Shown here: positions 1 through 12,800 of the stretch, piece by piece
Numbering within the stretch: the stretch's first letter is position 1
How the letters are laid out: each line of letters starts with the position of its first letter
NCBI RefSeq assembly: GCF_035084215.1
Contig: NW_027139637.1
Coordinates: 62,001 to 126,000, forward strand
DNA length: 64,000 nucleotides
DNA from: Heptranchias perlo
Lineage: Eukaryota
Reading direction: 5' to 3'
Notes under the pieces: generated by a model
What the model saw: the letters and a program-made list of their open reading frames with translations, nothing else
Database searches by the model: none
What the model was told of the DNA's origin: nothing
Position numbers and translations under genes: made by a program

Positions 1-3000
1 GGACTCTCTCTCTATCCCCGGACTCTCCTTTACCTGGGCCCGGACTCTCTCTCTCTCCCCGACTCTCTCTCTATCCCCGGACTCTCTCTCTATCCCCGGA
101 CTCTCTCTCTATCCCCGGACTCTCCCTTTACCCGGGCCCGGACTCTCTCTCTATCCCCGGACTCTCCCTTTACCCGGGCCCGGACTCTCTCTCTATCCCC
201 GGACTCTCCCTTTACCCGGGCCCGGACTCTCTCTCTATCCCCGGACTCTCTCTCTATCCCCGGACTCTCCCTTTACCCGGGCCCGGACTCTCTCTCTATC
301 CCCGGACTCCCCCTTTACCCGGGCCCGGACTCTCTCTCTATCCCCGGACTCTCCCTTTACCCGGGCCCGGACTCTCTCTCTATCCCCGGACTCTCCCTTT
401 ACCCGGCCCGGACTCCTCTCTATCCCGACTCTCCCTTTACCTGGGCCCGGACTCTCTCTCTATCCCCGGACTCTCCCTTTACCTGGGCCCGGACTCTCTC
501 TCTATCCCCGGACTCTCCCTTTACCCGGGCCCGGACTCTCTCTCTATCCCCGGACTCTCCCTTTACCCGGGCCCGGACTCTCTCTCTATCCCCGGACTCT
601 CTCTCTCTCCCCGGACTCTCTCTCTCTCCCCGGACTCCCCCTTTACCTGGCCCGGACTCTCTCTCTATCCCCGGACTCCCCCTTTACCTGGGCCCGGACT
701 CTCTCTCTATCCCCGGACTCCCCCTTTACCCGGGCCCGGACTCTCTCTCTATCCCCGGACTCTCCCTTTACCCGGGCCGGACTCTCTCTCTATCCCCGGA
801 CTCTCTCTCTATCCCCGGACTCTCCCTTTACCTGGGCCCGGACTCTCTCTCTATCCCCGGACTCTCTCTCTATCCCCGGACTCCCCCTTACCGGCCCGGA
901 CTCTCTCTCTATCCCCGGACTCCCCCTTTACCCGGCCCGGACTCTCTCTCTATCCCGGACTCTCCCTTTACCTGGGCCCGGACTCTCTCTCTATCCCCGG
1001 ACTCTCCCTTTACCTGGGCCCGGACTCTCTCTCTATCCCGGACTCCCCCTTTACCCGGGCCCGGACTCTCTCTCTATCCGGGCCCGGACTCTCTCTCTAT
1101 CCCCGGACTCTCTCTCTATCCCCGGACTCTCCCTTTACCTGGGCCCGGACTCTCTCTCTATCCCCGGACTCCCCCTTTACCCGGGCCCGGACTCTCTCTC
1201 TATCCCCGGACTCCCCCTTTACCTGGGCCCGGACTCTCTCTCTATCCCCGGACTCTCCCTTTACCCGGGCCCGGACTCTCTCTCTATCCCCGGACTCCCC
1301 CATTTACCTGGGCCCGGACTCTCTCTCTATCCCCGGACTCTCCCTTTACCCGGGCCCGGACTCTCTCTCTATCCCCGGACTCTCCCTTTACCCGGGCCCG
1401 GACTCTCTCTCTATCCCCGGACTCTCTCTCTATCCCGGACTCTCTCTCTATCCCCGGACTCTCTCTCTATCCCCGGACTCTCCCTTTACCCGGGCCCGGA
1501 CTCTCTCTCTATCCCCGGACTCTCCCTTTACCCGGGCCCGGACTCTCTCTCTATCCCCGGACTCCCCTTTACCCGGGCCCGGACTCTCTCTCTATCCCCG
1601 GACTCTCCTTTACCCGGGCCCGGACTCTCTCTCTATCCCCGGACTCCCCCTTTACCCCGGGCCCGGACTCTCTCTCTATCCCCGGACTCTCCCTTTACCC
1701 GGGCCCGGACTCTCTCTCTATCCCCGGACTCTCCCTTTACCTGGGCCCGGACTCTCTCTCTATCCCCGGACTCCCCCTTTACCTGGGCCCGACTCTCTCT
1801 CTATCCCCGGACTCTCTCCTCTATCCCGGACTCTCCCTTTACCTGGGCCGGACTCTCTCTCTATCCCCGGACTCTCCCTTTACCCGGGCCCGGACTCTCT
1901 CTCTATCCCCGGACTCTCCTTTACCCGGGCCCGGACTCTCTCTCTATCCCCGGACTCTCCCTTTACCCGGGCCCGGACTCTCTCTCTATCCCCGGACTCC
2001 CCTTTACCTGGGCCCGGACTCTCTCTCTATCCCCGGACTCTCCCTTTACCCGGGCCCGGACTCTCTCTCTATCCCCGGACTCCCCCTTTACCTGGGCCCG
2101 GACTCTCTCTCTATCCCGGACTCTCCCTTTACCTGGGCCCGGACTCTCTCTCTATCCCGGACTCTCCTTTACCCGGGCCCGGACTCTCTCTCTATCCCCG
2201 GACTCTCCCTTTACCTGGGCCCGGACTCTCTCTCTATCCCCGGACTCTCCCTTTACCCGGCCCGGACTCTCTCTCTATCCCCGGACTCTCTCTCTATCCC
2301 CGGACTCCCCCTTTACCCGGGCCCGGACTCTCTCTCTATCCCCGGACTCCCCCTTTACCCGGGCCCGGACTCTCTCTCTATCCCCGGACTCCCCCTTTAC
2401 CTGGGCCCGGACTCTCTCTCTATCCCCGGACTCCCCCTTTACCCGGGCCCGGACTCTCTCTCTATCCCCGGACTCCCCCTTTACCTGGGCCCGGACTCTC
2501 TCTCTATCCCCGGACTCTCCCTTTACCGGGCCCGGACTCTCTCTCTATCCCTGGGCCCGGACTCTCTCTCTATCCCCGGACTCCCCCTTTACCTGGGCCC
2601 GGACCTCTCTCTATCCCGGACTCTCCCTTTACCTGGGCCCGGACTCTCTCTCTATCCCCGGACTCTCTCTCTATCCCCGGACTCTCTCTCTATCCCCGGA
2701 CTCTCTCTCTATCCCCGGACTCTCCCTTTACCCGGGCCCGACTCTCTCTCTATCCCGGACTCTCCCTTTACCTGGGCCCGGACTCTCTCTCTATCCCCGG
2801 ACTCTCCCTTTACCCGGGCCCGGACTCTCTCTCTATCCCCGGACTCTCCCTTTACCTGGGCCCGGACTCTCTCTCTATCCCCGGACTCTCCCTTTACCTG
2901 GGCCCGGACTCTCTCTCTATCCCCGACTCTCCCTTTACCCGGGCCCGGACTCTCTCTCTATCCCTGGGCCCGGACTCTCTCTCTATCCCCGACTCTCCCT

Positions 3001-3019
3001 TTACCTGGGCCCGGACTCT
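1..3019. repeat. ~42-bp composite minisatellite (CCGGACTCTCTCTCTATCC + CCGGACTCTCCCTTTACCYGGGC) in TBC1D25 intron 1
   Basis: Tandem 19- and 23-nt subunits run from the window edge into the 3' end of TBC1D25 exon 1. Confidence 0.95.
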
Positions 3020-3052
3020 AACGACCTCTCGCTGCTCCTCCGCCGCCGCCAT
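3005..3052 (-). CDS. TBC1D25: TBC1 domain family member 25, first coding exon (rest of gene lies left of the window)
   Basis: ATG at 3052 encodes MAAAEEQREVVRVRAQ, followed by a CAG|GTAAAG donor. This matches the recalled human TBC1D25 N-terminus (AAAEEEEREVVRVRVK). TBC1D25 neighbours PORCN and EBP in human Xp11.23. Confidence 0.85.
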
Positions 3053-3059
3053 TCTCCTC

Positions 3060-3140
3060 TGTGTACATTCCCTGCGAAGTGACGTCACCCCCGGATCGCG
3101 TCACATCCGCGGGGCGGGCGGCCGCCGGAAGCGCCGTCCG
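3060..3140 (-). promoter_or_regulatory. CpG-rich TBC1D25 promoter (CRE, GC boxes, ETS)
   Basis: GTGACGTCAC at 3079-3088, GGGCGG boxes and CCGGAAG at about 3125, all directly upstream of the ATG. Confidence 0.6.
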
Positions 3141-3186
3141 ATGGAAGAGTCCACGCGGCCCCTCTCAATAAGGGGGGGGGGGGGGG

Positions 3187-3505
3187 GTGGAATAGTCCAT
3201 TCAGCCCCACTCAATGGGGAAGGTGGAATAGTCCATTCAGCCCCACTCAATGGGAAAGTGGAATAGTCCATTCAGCCCCACTCAATGGGGGGGGGGGGGT
3301 GGAATAGTCCATTCAGCCCCACTCAATGGGGTGGGGGTGGAATAGTCCATTCAGCCCCTCTCAATGGGGGTGCAATAGTCCATTCAGCTCCACTCAATGG
3401 GGGGGTTTGGAATAGTCCATTCAGCCCCACTCAATGGGGGGGTTTGGAATAGTCCATTCAGCCCCTCTCAATGGGGGGTGGAATAGTCCATTCAGCCCCT
3501 CTCAA
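3187..3505. repeat. ~36-40-bp minisatellite (GTGGAATAGTCCATTCAGCCCCACTCAATGGGG)
   Basis: About 9 tandem copies with a variable G-run. Confidence 0.9.
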
Positions 3506-3773
3506 TCATTGGGGGGTGCACCAGTGGGCCATTCCATCCACCAATGGACCAATCCAATCTTTATTCTTTTCGAACTCTTCGCTCGTCCCGTTCTCGCTTC
3601 TCTCTAATCGTCTAATTTGGAGATAAATTCCACTATCGCTCTTAGCCTGAATTTTACCCTTAAAAACAGAAGCGAGTGCTCGGAGTTCAATTCAGAGTGA
3701 CAGCCGCGTCTGGTGAACAATTCGTCAAAATACACAACAGTTACATGAGAATTCACTGATCGAAAAACAGCAC

Positions 3774-4228
3774 GGGTTAGATACAGAGTAAAGCTCCCTC
3801 GACACTGTCCATCAAACACTCCAGGGCAGGTACAGGGTTAGATACAGAGTAAAGCTCCTCTACACTGTCCATCAAACACTCCCAGGGCAGGTACAGGGTT
3901 AGATACAGAGTAAAGCTCCCTCTACACTGTCCCATCAAACACTCCCAGGGCAGGTACAGGGTTAGATACAGAGTAAAGCTCCCTCTACACTGTCCCATCA
4001 AACACTCCCAGGGCAGGTACAGGGTTAGATACAGAGTAAAGCTCCCTCTACACTGTCCATCAAACACTCCCAGGGCAGGTACAGGGTTAGATACAGAGTA
4101 AAGCTCCCTCTGCACTGTCCCATCAAACACTCCAGGGCAGGTACAGGGTTAGATACAGAGTAAAGCTCCCTCTGCACTGTCCCATCAAACACTCCCGGAG
4201 CAGGTACAGCCCAGGTTGGATACAGAGT
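3774..4228 (+). repeat. 63-bp minisatellite family (GGGTTAGATACAGAGTAAAGCTCCCTCTACACTGTCCCATCAAACACTCCCAGGGCAGGTACA)
   Basis: About 7 tandem copies; the same unit recurs at 24031-25055 and 51575-53076. Confidence 0.95.
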
Positions 4229-4499
4229 CTCCCTGCCCACAGATCGAGGCTGCCCTGAGCTCTCTGCACACAGGGACATTCAAGGCTGCAGACTGCGGAN
4301 NNNNNNNNNNNNNNNNNNNNNNNNNNNNNNNNNNNNNNNNNNNNNNNNNNNNNNNNNNNNNNNNNNNNNNNNNNNNNNNNNNNNNNNNNNNNNNNNNNNN
4401 NNNNNNNNNNNNNNNNNNNNNNNNNNNNNNNNNNNNNNNNNNNNNNNNNNNNNNNNNNNNNNNNNNNNNNNNNNNNNNNNNNNNNNNNNNNNNNNNNNN

Positions 4500-5312
4500 T
4501 GAAGGGGAAAGAGAGAGAAGGGGAAAGAGAGAGAAGGGGGAAAGAGAGAGAAGGGGGAAAGAGAGAGAAGGGGGAAAGAGAGAGAAGGGGGAAAGAGAGA
4601 GAGAGAAGGGGAAAGAGAGAGAAGGGGGAATGAGAGAGAAGCGGGAAAGAGAGAGAAGGGGAAAGAGAGAGAAGGGGGAAAGAGAGAGAAGGGGGAAAGA
4701 GAGAGAAGGGGGAAAGAGAGAGAGAAGGGGAAAGAGAGAGAAGGGGGAAAGAGAGAGAAGGGGGAAAGAGAGAGAAGGGGGAAAGAGAGAGAAGGGGAAA
4801 GAGAGAGAAGGGGGAAAGAGAGAGAAGGGGGAAAGAGAGAGAAGGGGGAAAGAGAGAGAAGGGGGAAAGAGAGAGAAGGGGGAAAGAGAGAGAAGGGGGA
4901 AAGAGAGAGAAGGGGGAAAGAGAGAGAAGGNNNNNNNNNNNNNNNNNNNNNNNNNNNNNNNNNNNNNNNNNNNNNNNNNNNNNNNNNNNNNNNNNNNNNN
5001 NNNNNNNNNNNNNNNNNNNNNNNNNNNNNNNNNNNNNNNNNNNNNNNNNNNNNNNNNNNNNNNNNNNNNNNNNNNNNNNNNNNNNNNNNNNNNNNNNNNN
5101 NNNNNNNNNNNNNNNNNNNNNNNNNNNNNNNNNNNNNNNNNNNNNNNNNNNNNNNNNNNNNNNNNNNNNNNNNNNNNNNNNNNNNNNNNNNNNNNNNNNN
5201 NNNNNNNNNNNNNNNNNNNNNNNNNNNNNNNNNNNNNNNNNNNNNNNNNNNNNNNNNNNNAGAAGGGGAAAGAGAGAAGGGGAAAGAGAGAGAAAGCGAG
5301 AGAGAGGGAGAG
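4500..5312. repeat. Purine-only GA-rich simple repeat interrupted by an N gap
   Basis: (GAAGGGGGAAAGAGAGA)n; N runs at 4300-4499 and 4931-5260. Confidence 0.9.
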
Positions 5313-5459
5313 AACAGACAGAGGGTTTTAAATTTAGAATTGATGAGCTCAGACCCAATGCTCCCACTCCCCCGGTCGACACGCACTTTGGAGTAATTTG
5401 AAACCATCTTCCCCAGCTGTAAAAAAACCACATCTTTCAATGATTCCCTTGAAAACACC

Positions 5460-5722
5460 GACTCCCGCCGGGGCGCGGCTCCCCGCGGGCGCAGGCTCCC
5501 GCCGGGGCGCGCTCCCCGCGGCGCAGGCTCCCGCCGGGGCGCGGCTCCCCGCGGGCGCAGGCTCCCGCCGGGGCGCAGGCTCCCGCCGGGGCGCAGGCTC
5601 CCCGCGGGCGCAGGCTCCCGCCGGGGCGCAGGCTCCCCGCGGGCGCAGGCTCCCGCCGGGGCGCGGCTCCCCGCGGGCGCAGACTCCCGCCGGGGCGCGG
5701 CTCCCCACGGGCGCAGACTCCC
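5460..5722. repeat. GC-rich 16-18-bp minisatellite (GCAGGCTCCCGCCGGGGC / GCGGCTCCCCGCGGGC)
   Basis: Tandem alternating units seen directly. Confidence 0.85.
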
Positions 5723-6026
5723 ACGTGCCATCTGATACCTCATGCCCATTCTTCATGCACCTTCCAGACCAGTTCATGACCCAATCTGTCGTCGCATGGC
5801 CGTGCAAGCCTCGCTCGTGCGTTCCGTTCAGTTTCACGGACGCAATTTCAACCTGCGGCGTCCCACAGACCGGTTAAAATAAACCCCCCCCCCTCTCTCC
5901 CTCCCTCCCAACTGCTCATCCTCGGTCCTCCCCCTCCCACTCCCACTCCCCCAAACAACAACCCACCCACCGTTTAATTAGCCACAAATCCGCGGAAGGC
6001 TCCAGTTACAGTCCCGAGGCGCTCAC

Positions 6027-6768
6027 CGTTTTATTGCGGTGCGTGCACGTGGCCGGGCATCTCCGCGAGAGGACGCAGGCGCTAAAGATGGCGGCCAGCT
6101 TCTTTCTCAGCACTGTGGGAAACAACAACCTGCATTGATATAGTGCAGTCAACGCCCCGAGGCGCCGCGCAGGAAGGTAAACCAGACAAGAAATTCCACA
6201 CCGAGCCACAGGAGGAGATGTTAGGACAGGTGACCGAAAGCTTGGTCAAAGAGGGGGAGGTTTTAAAGGAGGAGGGAGAGAGAGAGAGAGAGAGGCGGAG
6301 AGGTTCAGGGAGGGAATTCCAGAGCTTAGGGCCGAGGCGGCTGAAGGTGGAGCTTTGAAAATCGGGGCTTACCGTGTTCCACGTAGGTGATGAATCCAAG
6401 AGAGAAGAGGACTGCACCCAGGTGCAAACTGAGACCCTGCGAGGAAACAAGGCTGGTCAGTAAATCCCATCGGTGTTGGGGTAACGGGGGGGGGGGAAGG
6501 GTGGGAGTGCGGAGACGTAACAAATCGAAACCCTCGCCACGAGGAAAGCCCTCCCTCTCCACTTACTTATGTCGGGCTAACGGAGCGAAGCCGTTCGCAG
6601 CTAGCAAGGAATTCAATTGCAAAGGAGTCGCGTTTGACACGCGAGGCGGGCAATTCAATTCGAGCTGGGACAGACTGGACGGATGACGCAACGTCTTGTT
6701 CCTCTCCGTCATTGTTTGTGTGCCTCGGTGATAAAGGTTACAAGTGAATCCTGCAGGTGGAGAGGGGA

Positions 6769-6804
<36 letters not shown>

Positions 6805-9800
6805 GAGATGGCTCGGGCCTTTGGGATCCATTTCCCTCGGCGCCAAGCGGGGACGGGCAGAGACGATACTCACGTGCAGCAACGCGCTGGCGGCGTAAGT
6901 GACCAGGATGGCCGGGAACGTCCCCAGGCTCAGGGCGCTTTTAAACACATCTGGAGAAGGGAAAAAGGCCGTTAGCAAACGGGACACAGTCGTTATCCTT
7001 TTAACGGCGGACTGGCGGAGGCTCGCGGCAGTGACGCGCCCGACGACCAGCCACATTTGTCACCGTTTCCGAAACGCTCATCTTAAGACTCCGTACAGAG
7101 AAGCGCGCGTGGCCCTGCATCTAGAAAACTCACGTGTAAAGGACTCCCCGGGAATCGCGAGATTACTGTCCAGGCTGCTCACCGTACCTCTCCTTGAAGG
7201 GAGATGGAGCTCCGAACTGAGTTTTGCTTTGTGTCCCTCCTTTAGTGTTTCAGCAAACCAGCACCTTGTCTAATTCTTGGTGAGTTTTAATGCTATCTTC
7301 CCGGTTCCAATGCTATCTCAGCATCCTATCTTAGCCCTTCCTGAACTCAGGAGCGTGACTGTGATGAATGATAGGGTTTGCGAGCACATATTCCTGATTG
7401 CCTTGTGTGGTTTAGCCGTAATTACGTATTGCTCTGTAAAAACGCACAGATTAGTCCTACAGATCCCACCGAGGCAGAAAGCACCAGGAAAGAGGAGACG
7501 TGATAAAGATTAGGAGGAAGGGAAGACTTGAAAGGGGGGGGTGGGGGGGGAGAGAGAGGAGGTCCTGGGAACGGGTGGGCGAAGAGCACGAGATAAATTA
7601 TTTCAACGCGGTGAGGGAGAGCGTGCGGGGCTCAGGAGGGAAATAACGGGGAGGGGGGAAAGGTAATTGGTACGTACACCAGTTCAGCCAGCGAGACATC
7701 GGCACGTTCCAACTGGTCACCACCTCGACCATCGAGCGAGGCAGCTCCACGTTCCAGGGTCTCGAGACCACCAGGTCCCTGAGCATAGCAGACAGAAAAA
7801 CAGGGGTCAAGCAGTGCGGGGCAGGAGGCACTTCTGTACGCACTCCCCCTCTTCAACGTCTCCGAGTCTTCATCGACAGCACCTCCCAAACCCGCCACCT
7901 GGAAGGACAAGGGCAGCAGGCACATGGGAACAACACCACCTGCACGTCCCCCCTCCGAGTCACACACCGCCCCGACTTGGAAATATATCGGCCGTTCCTT
8001 CATCGTCGCTGGGTCAAAATCCTGGAACGGAACTGTGGGAGAACCGTCACCACGCGGACTGCAGCGGTTCAAGGCGGCGGCTCACCACCACCTTCTCAAG
8101 GGGCAACTAGGGATGGGCGATAAATGCCGGCCTCGCCAGCGACGCCCACAACCCCAGAAAGAACACACATATAAAAAGGAGTACCAAAGGTAAATAGTTC
8201 CACATGACAGTTCCACAGCTCACTCTACCTGCTCCTCCGCTGCCGTGGGCTCCAGCGGCTCGACCCCCACCCCCCGATCCCAATTCCTTCCTCTTTCTCC
8301 CCCGCCCCCCCCCTCCCACGATCTCCTCCGTTCCCAGGTCTTTGAAACAACGCAACAGATTCCAGTCTTTCTGGGGGAAGCTGAGCTCCACGTTCTCGCA
8401 AGCCCCCTGCTTCGCTGGGATTGCTTTTTCTCGAGCTTAGTTGAAACAGAGCGACATCAGTCCGATTTGGGGGGAGGGGGAAAGAGAGGAGTTCCGCTGG
8501 GGAGTGTGTCCTGGCTCAGATTCTCGCCACTGTCACCTCATCTTCCCCAATCGATGTGGAAAGATACCGAGCCTCCTCCCGTCCAAGTGGACGAGCCAAG
8601 CAGCCATTCTGCGCACAGCAAGATCCCACAAACAGCAATGACGACGGATGACCAGTTAATCTGGGGTTTTTTTTTTTGGGTTGACCCAATATCGGCCCCC
8701 AGGACGCCAGGGGAGAACTGTCCCCCCTGCCCTCCTTCCAATAGCGGCCGTGGGATCTTTTATGTCCACCCGAGGGGGCAGACGGGGCCTCGGTTTAACG
8801 TCTCATCCGAAAGACGGCAGCTCCGACAGCGCGGCGCTCCCTCGGTACTGACCCTCCGACAGCGCGGCGCTCCCTCGGTACTGACCCTCCGACAGCGCGG
8901 CGCTCCCTCGGTACTGACCCTCCGACAGCGCGGCGCTCCCTCGGTACTGACCCTCCGACAGCGCGGCGCTCCCTCGGTACTGACCCTCCGACAGCGCGAC
9001 GCTCCCTCGGTACTGCACTGGGAGTGACGGCCTGGATTATGGGGCTCAGTCTCTGACCCAGAGGGGAGAGTGACACCCACCGAGCCCTGGCTGACTCCGA
9101 GCAGAAGCAGAATTTCCCCCACGCCCCCTACTTGAGGCACACCTACCATCTGACATTGTCCTTCTCCTCCGTGTAGCCGCTTCCCGCCAGCGTGGCCGTG
9201 GTCTCAGACAGGAAGCCCACGAAGTAGTTGCTGAAGTGGAAGGAGACGGCGCTCTCGTAGGCTCGTAACCACCTGCGGGCGAAGGGCGGGCAGGACGTCA
9301 GCGGGCGATGCGCGAGCTGCACCAGCGCGGTCGGGGCGGAGACGGTTATAAGCCGACGACCCCATCACGCCCGCTCGTTAACCCTCTGGGGCACAAGGAA
9401 CTAGTCGCGTCGAATTACAGGGGACTTTACAGCACGGAAACAGGCCGTTCGGCCCAACAGGTCTCTGTTGGCCCCCCAGCAGCGACGAGATGAACGCACG
9501 CTGCCAGCGCAAGAAGTAGCTCCCCTCGCTGAGGGAGGGAAGGGAGGAAGGATGGGAGGGAAGGGAGGAAGGAGGGAGGAATGAACGAATTGCATTAACA
9601 CAGTGCTTTTCATGGCCTTGGGACGTCCCAACGTGCTTTACCTTGTGTTTAAAAAGGCAATCCCGTGAGACAGAGCCTACGTTAAGAGGAACAAGAAACA
9701 AACACACACCTACCTGACAACAGACCCTCTGAGAAGGCGCAGGAGAGAGAGAGAGAGAGAGAGAGACAAAGCTATTAAGGCACAAGTGTCAACATTTTGA

Positions 9801-12800
9801 GAGTAATTTACCCTCTCCCGTCCTCCCATTGCCCTCGTCCACAACTGGGTCTCGAAGGGACCCCAGGCTGACTTCTGAGTGCCCAAAAGAGGAAAGCAAA
9901 GATTGGAAATGGCGGAGGTACGTGGATGTAATTCGGGAGCTGGGGGGGGGAGGGGTGTTTTTTCCAAAAACATTGAGCTGGAAACCGCCCGGTGTGGCAC
10001 TGAGCCGTGCCCGGCCTGTGCCAAGTTAGCCACAGCAAAATAAAAAGCGCGCCACCATTCCTGCGCCCGGTGCCCGCTGGCGAGGGGCGTTTGTGCGTGT
10101 ACGCTGGACAGTTTACAAAAAAGACCGTCGACACTCGCTGCCTAGGAGGCCCACTTGGTTAAGGGACGCTTGCTGGAGGAACGGTGCCCAGGGTGAGCCG
10201 GGGGGGTTTGGAAGGGAAGGGGACACGGGGAGAACGGAGCCTCCCGCCCCGACCTTTCCCGCCAGAGACGACTTGTATTCGCACCCAAGCATTTAAAATG
10301 GCTGACGGGCGGCCATTTTACCTGATTTTCCTTTTCTTCCTGTTCGAGGACGCAGCGTTCAGAAAAGAGAGAGAAAGGGCAAAGTTAAGAGCGACTCGCA
10401 AGTTTTTGCTCAAAGGTTAGGAGAGACGGGGGCTCGGCAAGGTGCGGAGGGAGGAGAATATCGGAGGAGAGGGGTCGGTTAAGATCGTCTAGTGATGTTG
10501 CTGGTTATCATGTAGTTTGCTTGACCGTTTCAGGGAATTGGGGGAAGACGCTTTCCCTGAGGTTTGGCCACTTTTTCTGCCCTCACCCTGGAGGCCAGGT
10601 TTTTTCTGCCCTCACCCTGGAGGCCAGGTTTTTTCTGCCCTCACCCTGGAGGCCAGGTTTTTTCTGCCCTCACCCTGGAGGCCAGGTTTTTTCTGCCCTC
10701 ACCCTGGAGCAAGCAGCACAGTACCAGCAGTTGGGAGGGCAAAATGCACATGGGGGAGCAGAGATGGGCCCTCATCTCACTCCTCTGGGCACCTCAGTCA
10801 TGCTGCTACCTAGGTCGGGCCAGAACTCGAGCAGAACAACAACCACCTGCATTTATATAGCGCCTTTAACGTCCCGAGGCGCTTCACGGGAGTGAAATCA
10901 GACAAAAATCAGACACCGAGCCACGTAAGGAGATATTCGGACAGGTGACCGAAAGCTTGGTCAAAGAGGGAGGTTTTAAGGAGCGTCTTAAAAGGAGGAG
11001 AGGTTTAGGGAGGGTCGGGCCGAGGCGGCTGAAGGCACGGCCGCCAATGGCGGAGCGACGGAAATCGGGGGATGCGCAAGAGGCCGGAATTGGAGGAGCG
11101 CAGAGATCTGGGAGGGTCGTAGGGGCTGGAGGAGGTTACAGAGATAGGGAGGGGGGGGGGGGGGGGCGCGAGGGCCATGGAGGGTTTGAAAAAGGAGGAT
11201 GAGAATTTTAAAAATGGAGGCATTGCCGGACTTGATGGGTAGGGAGAGAGAGGGACACGGTGAGAAGGCGGGTTACGTGAGGCAGAGAAAGGGGCAGGTC
11301 GGTTGGCCCTCTTTGCTTGACCCTAAAAACTTTTCTGTCCTCAAACACACGAGGAGCTTTTTAAGACAAAAAATGTCATTCGGACTTTTACTCCGAGCGG
11401 AGATTGTCGACGGGCAAACACGCGCGACTCACCTTTTCAGGAGCTTGTCCCCGTACACAGGGATGAAGTAGGGGAAGAGGTAAGGGGCGACACAGGTGGA
11501 GACGACGAGGCAGACGAGGCTTTTCACCATACTCAGGGAAACCTTGGTGAACCAGGCAAAGCTCTACAGAGGGGGGGAAGAGAGAGAAACGTACTTCTGA
11601 ACCAGGGGTAGAAGAGATCATCACGGATGCACAAGTTACGAGAGAGAGCTGCTAAGACTTGGGAACTCTGTTTTACTTTTAAACAGATGGAATAAAGTAC
11701 TGTAATCTAACTAAATCCGCTGTTCTGTTGTTTTTTTGCTTCTGTTTAATCTTACTTCTAAATAAATACCAATTAGTCCTTAGCCTGAGCAAACCACCTG
11801 ACAGTGGGTTTTATCCCCCGCTCCCCAAGATTTGTACTATTTCCAGTGCCTATCTCAGTGGTTAAAAAGGGTTCACTGTTCACCCAGATACTTTGCCCCA
11901 CGATCAAGTTTTGGTTCGCAGGAATCACGGGGTGGCACGCGAAGGCTGACTTTTGCGCCGAGAACGAGTGCGAGAAAGAATCTTGGCGTCCAACAGCCAA
12001 CAGCAGAGGAGACGGGTGGGGGAGATTAACAGGAGGGAGCTGGTGGCCCCTTCTCAGCCCAACACACTCACCATCTTCTTGCTCTCCACTGCCAGCAGGT
12101 AAGTATTGAAGCTAATCCATGGTCCGAAGATCACCGTTCCCACAAAGTAAATGTACCCCATAAACTCGGCCGGAGAGGGCATGGCGCCGACTGAACCCTG
12201 GTCCAGGTCAAACCCCAACGAGATGGCCTTCATGGCGACAATCATCTGCGCTCCTGCAGCAGTTCAAGGGGAGAAGGGGAAGCAAAAAAAAACAAAAAGG
12301 GGATAAGATTGCAGATGCGTTAAGAACACGGGAAATAGGAGCAGGAGGAGGCCACTCGGCCCCTTCGAGCCTGCTCCGCCATTCAATCAGATCATGGCTG
12401 ATCTTCGACCTCAACTCCACTTTCCCGCCCGATCCCCACAGACCCCAAAAAATCTATCGCTCTCAGCCTTGAATGTACTCAACGACTGAGCATCCCCAGC
12501 CCTCGGGGGTAGAGAATTTCAAAGATTCACCACCCTCTGAGTGAAGAAATTCCTCCTCATCTCAGTCTTAAACGGCCGTCGTTGCAAACACAGAATTTGT
12601 CGTTGTTAAAGTCATGCCGACGTCATAGAATCTTACAGCACAGAAGGAGGCCATTCAGCCCGTCGTGCCTGTGCCAGCTCTTTGGAAAAAGCTGTCCAGT
12701 TAATCCCACTCCTCAGCTTTTTCCCCATAACCCTGCCAATTACTCCTCTTCAAGTACACGTCCAATTGTCTTTTTGAAAGTCCCTATGGAATCTGCTCCC

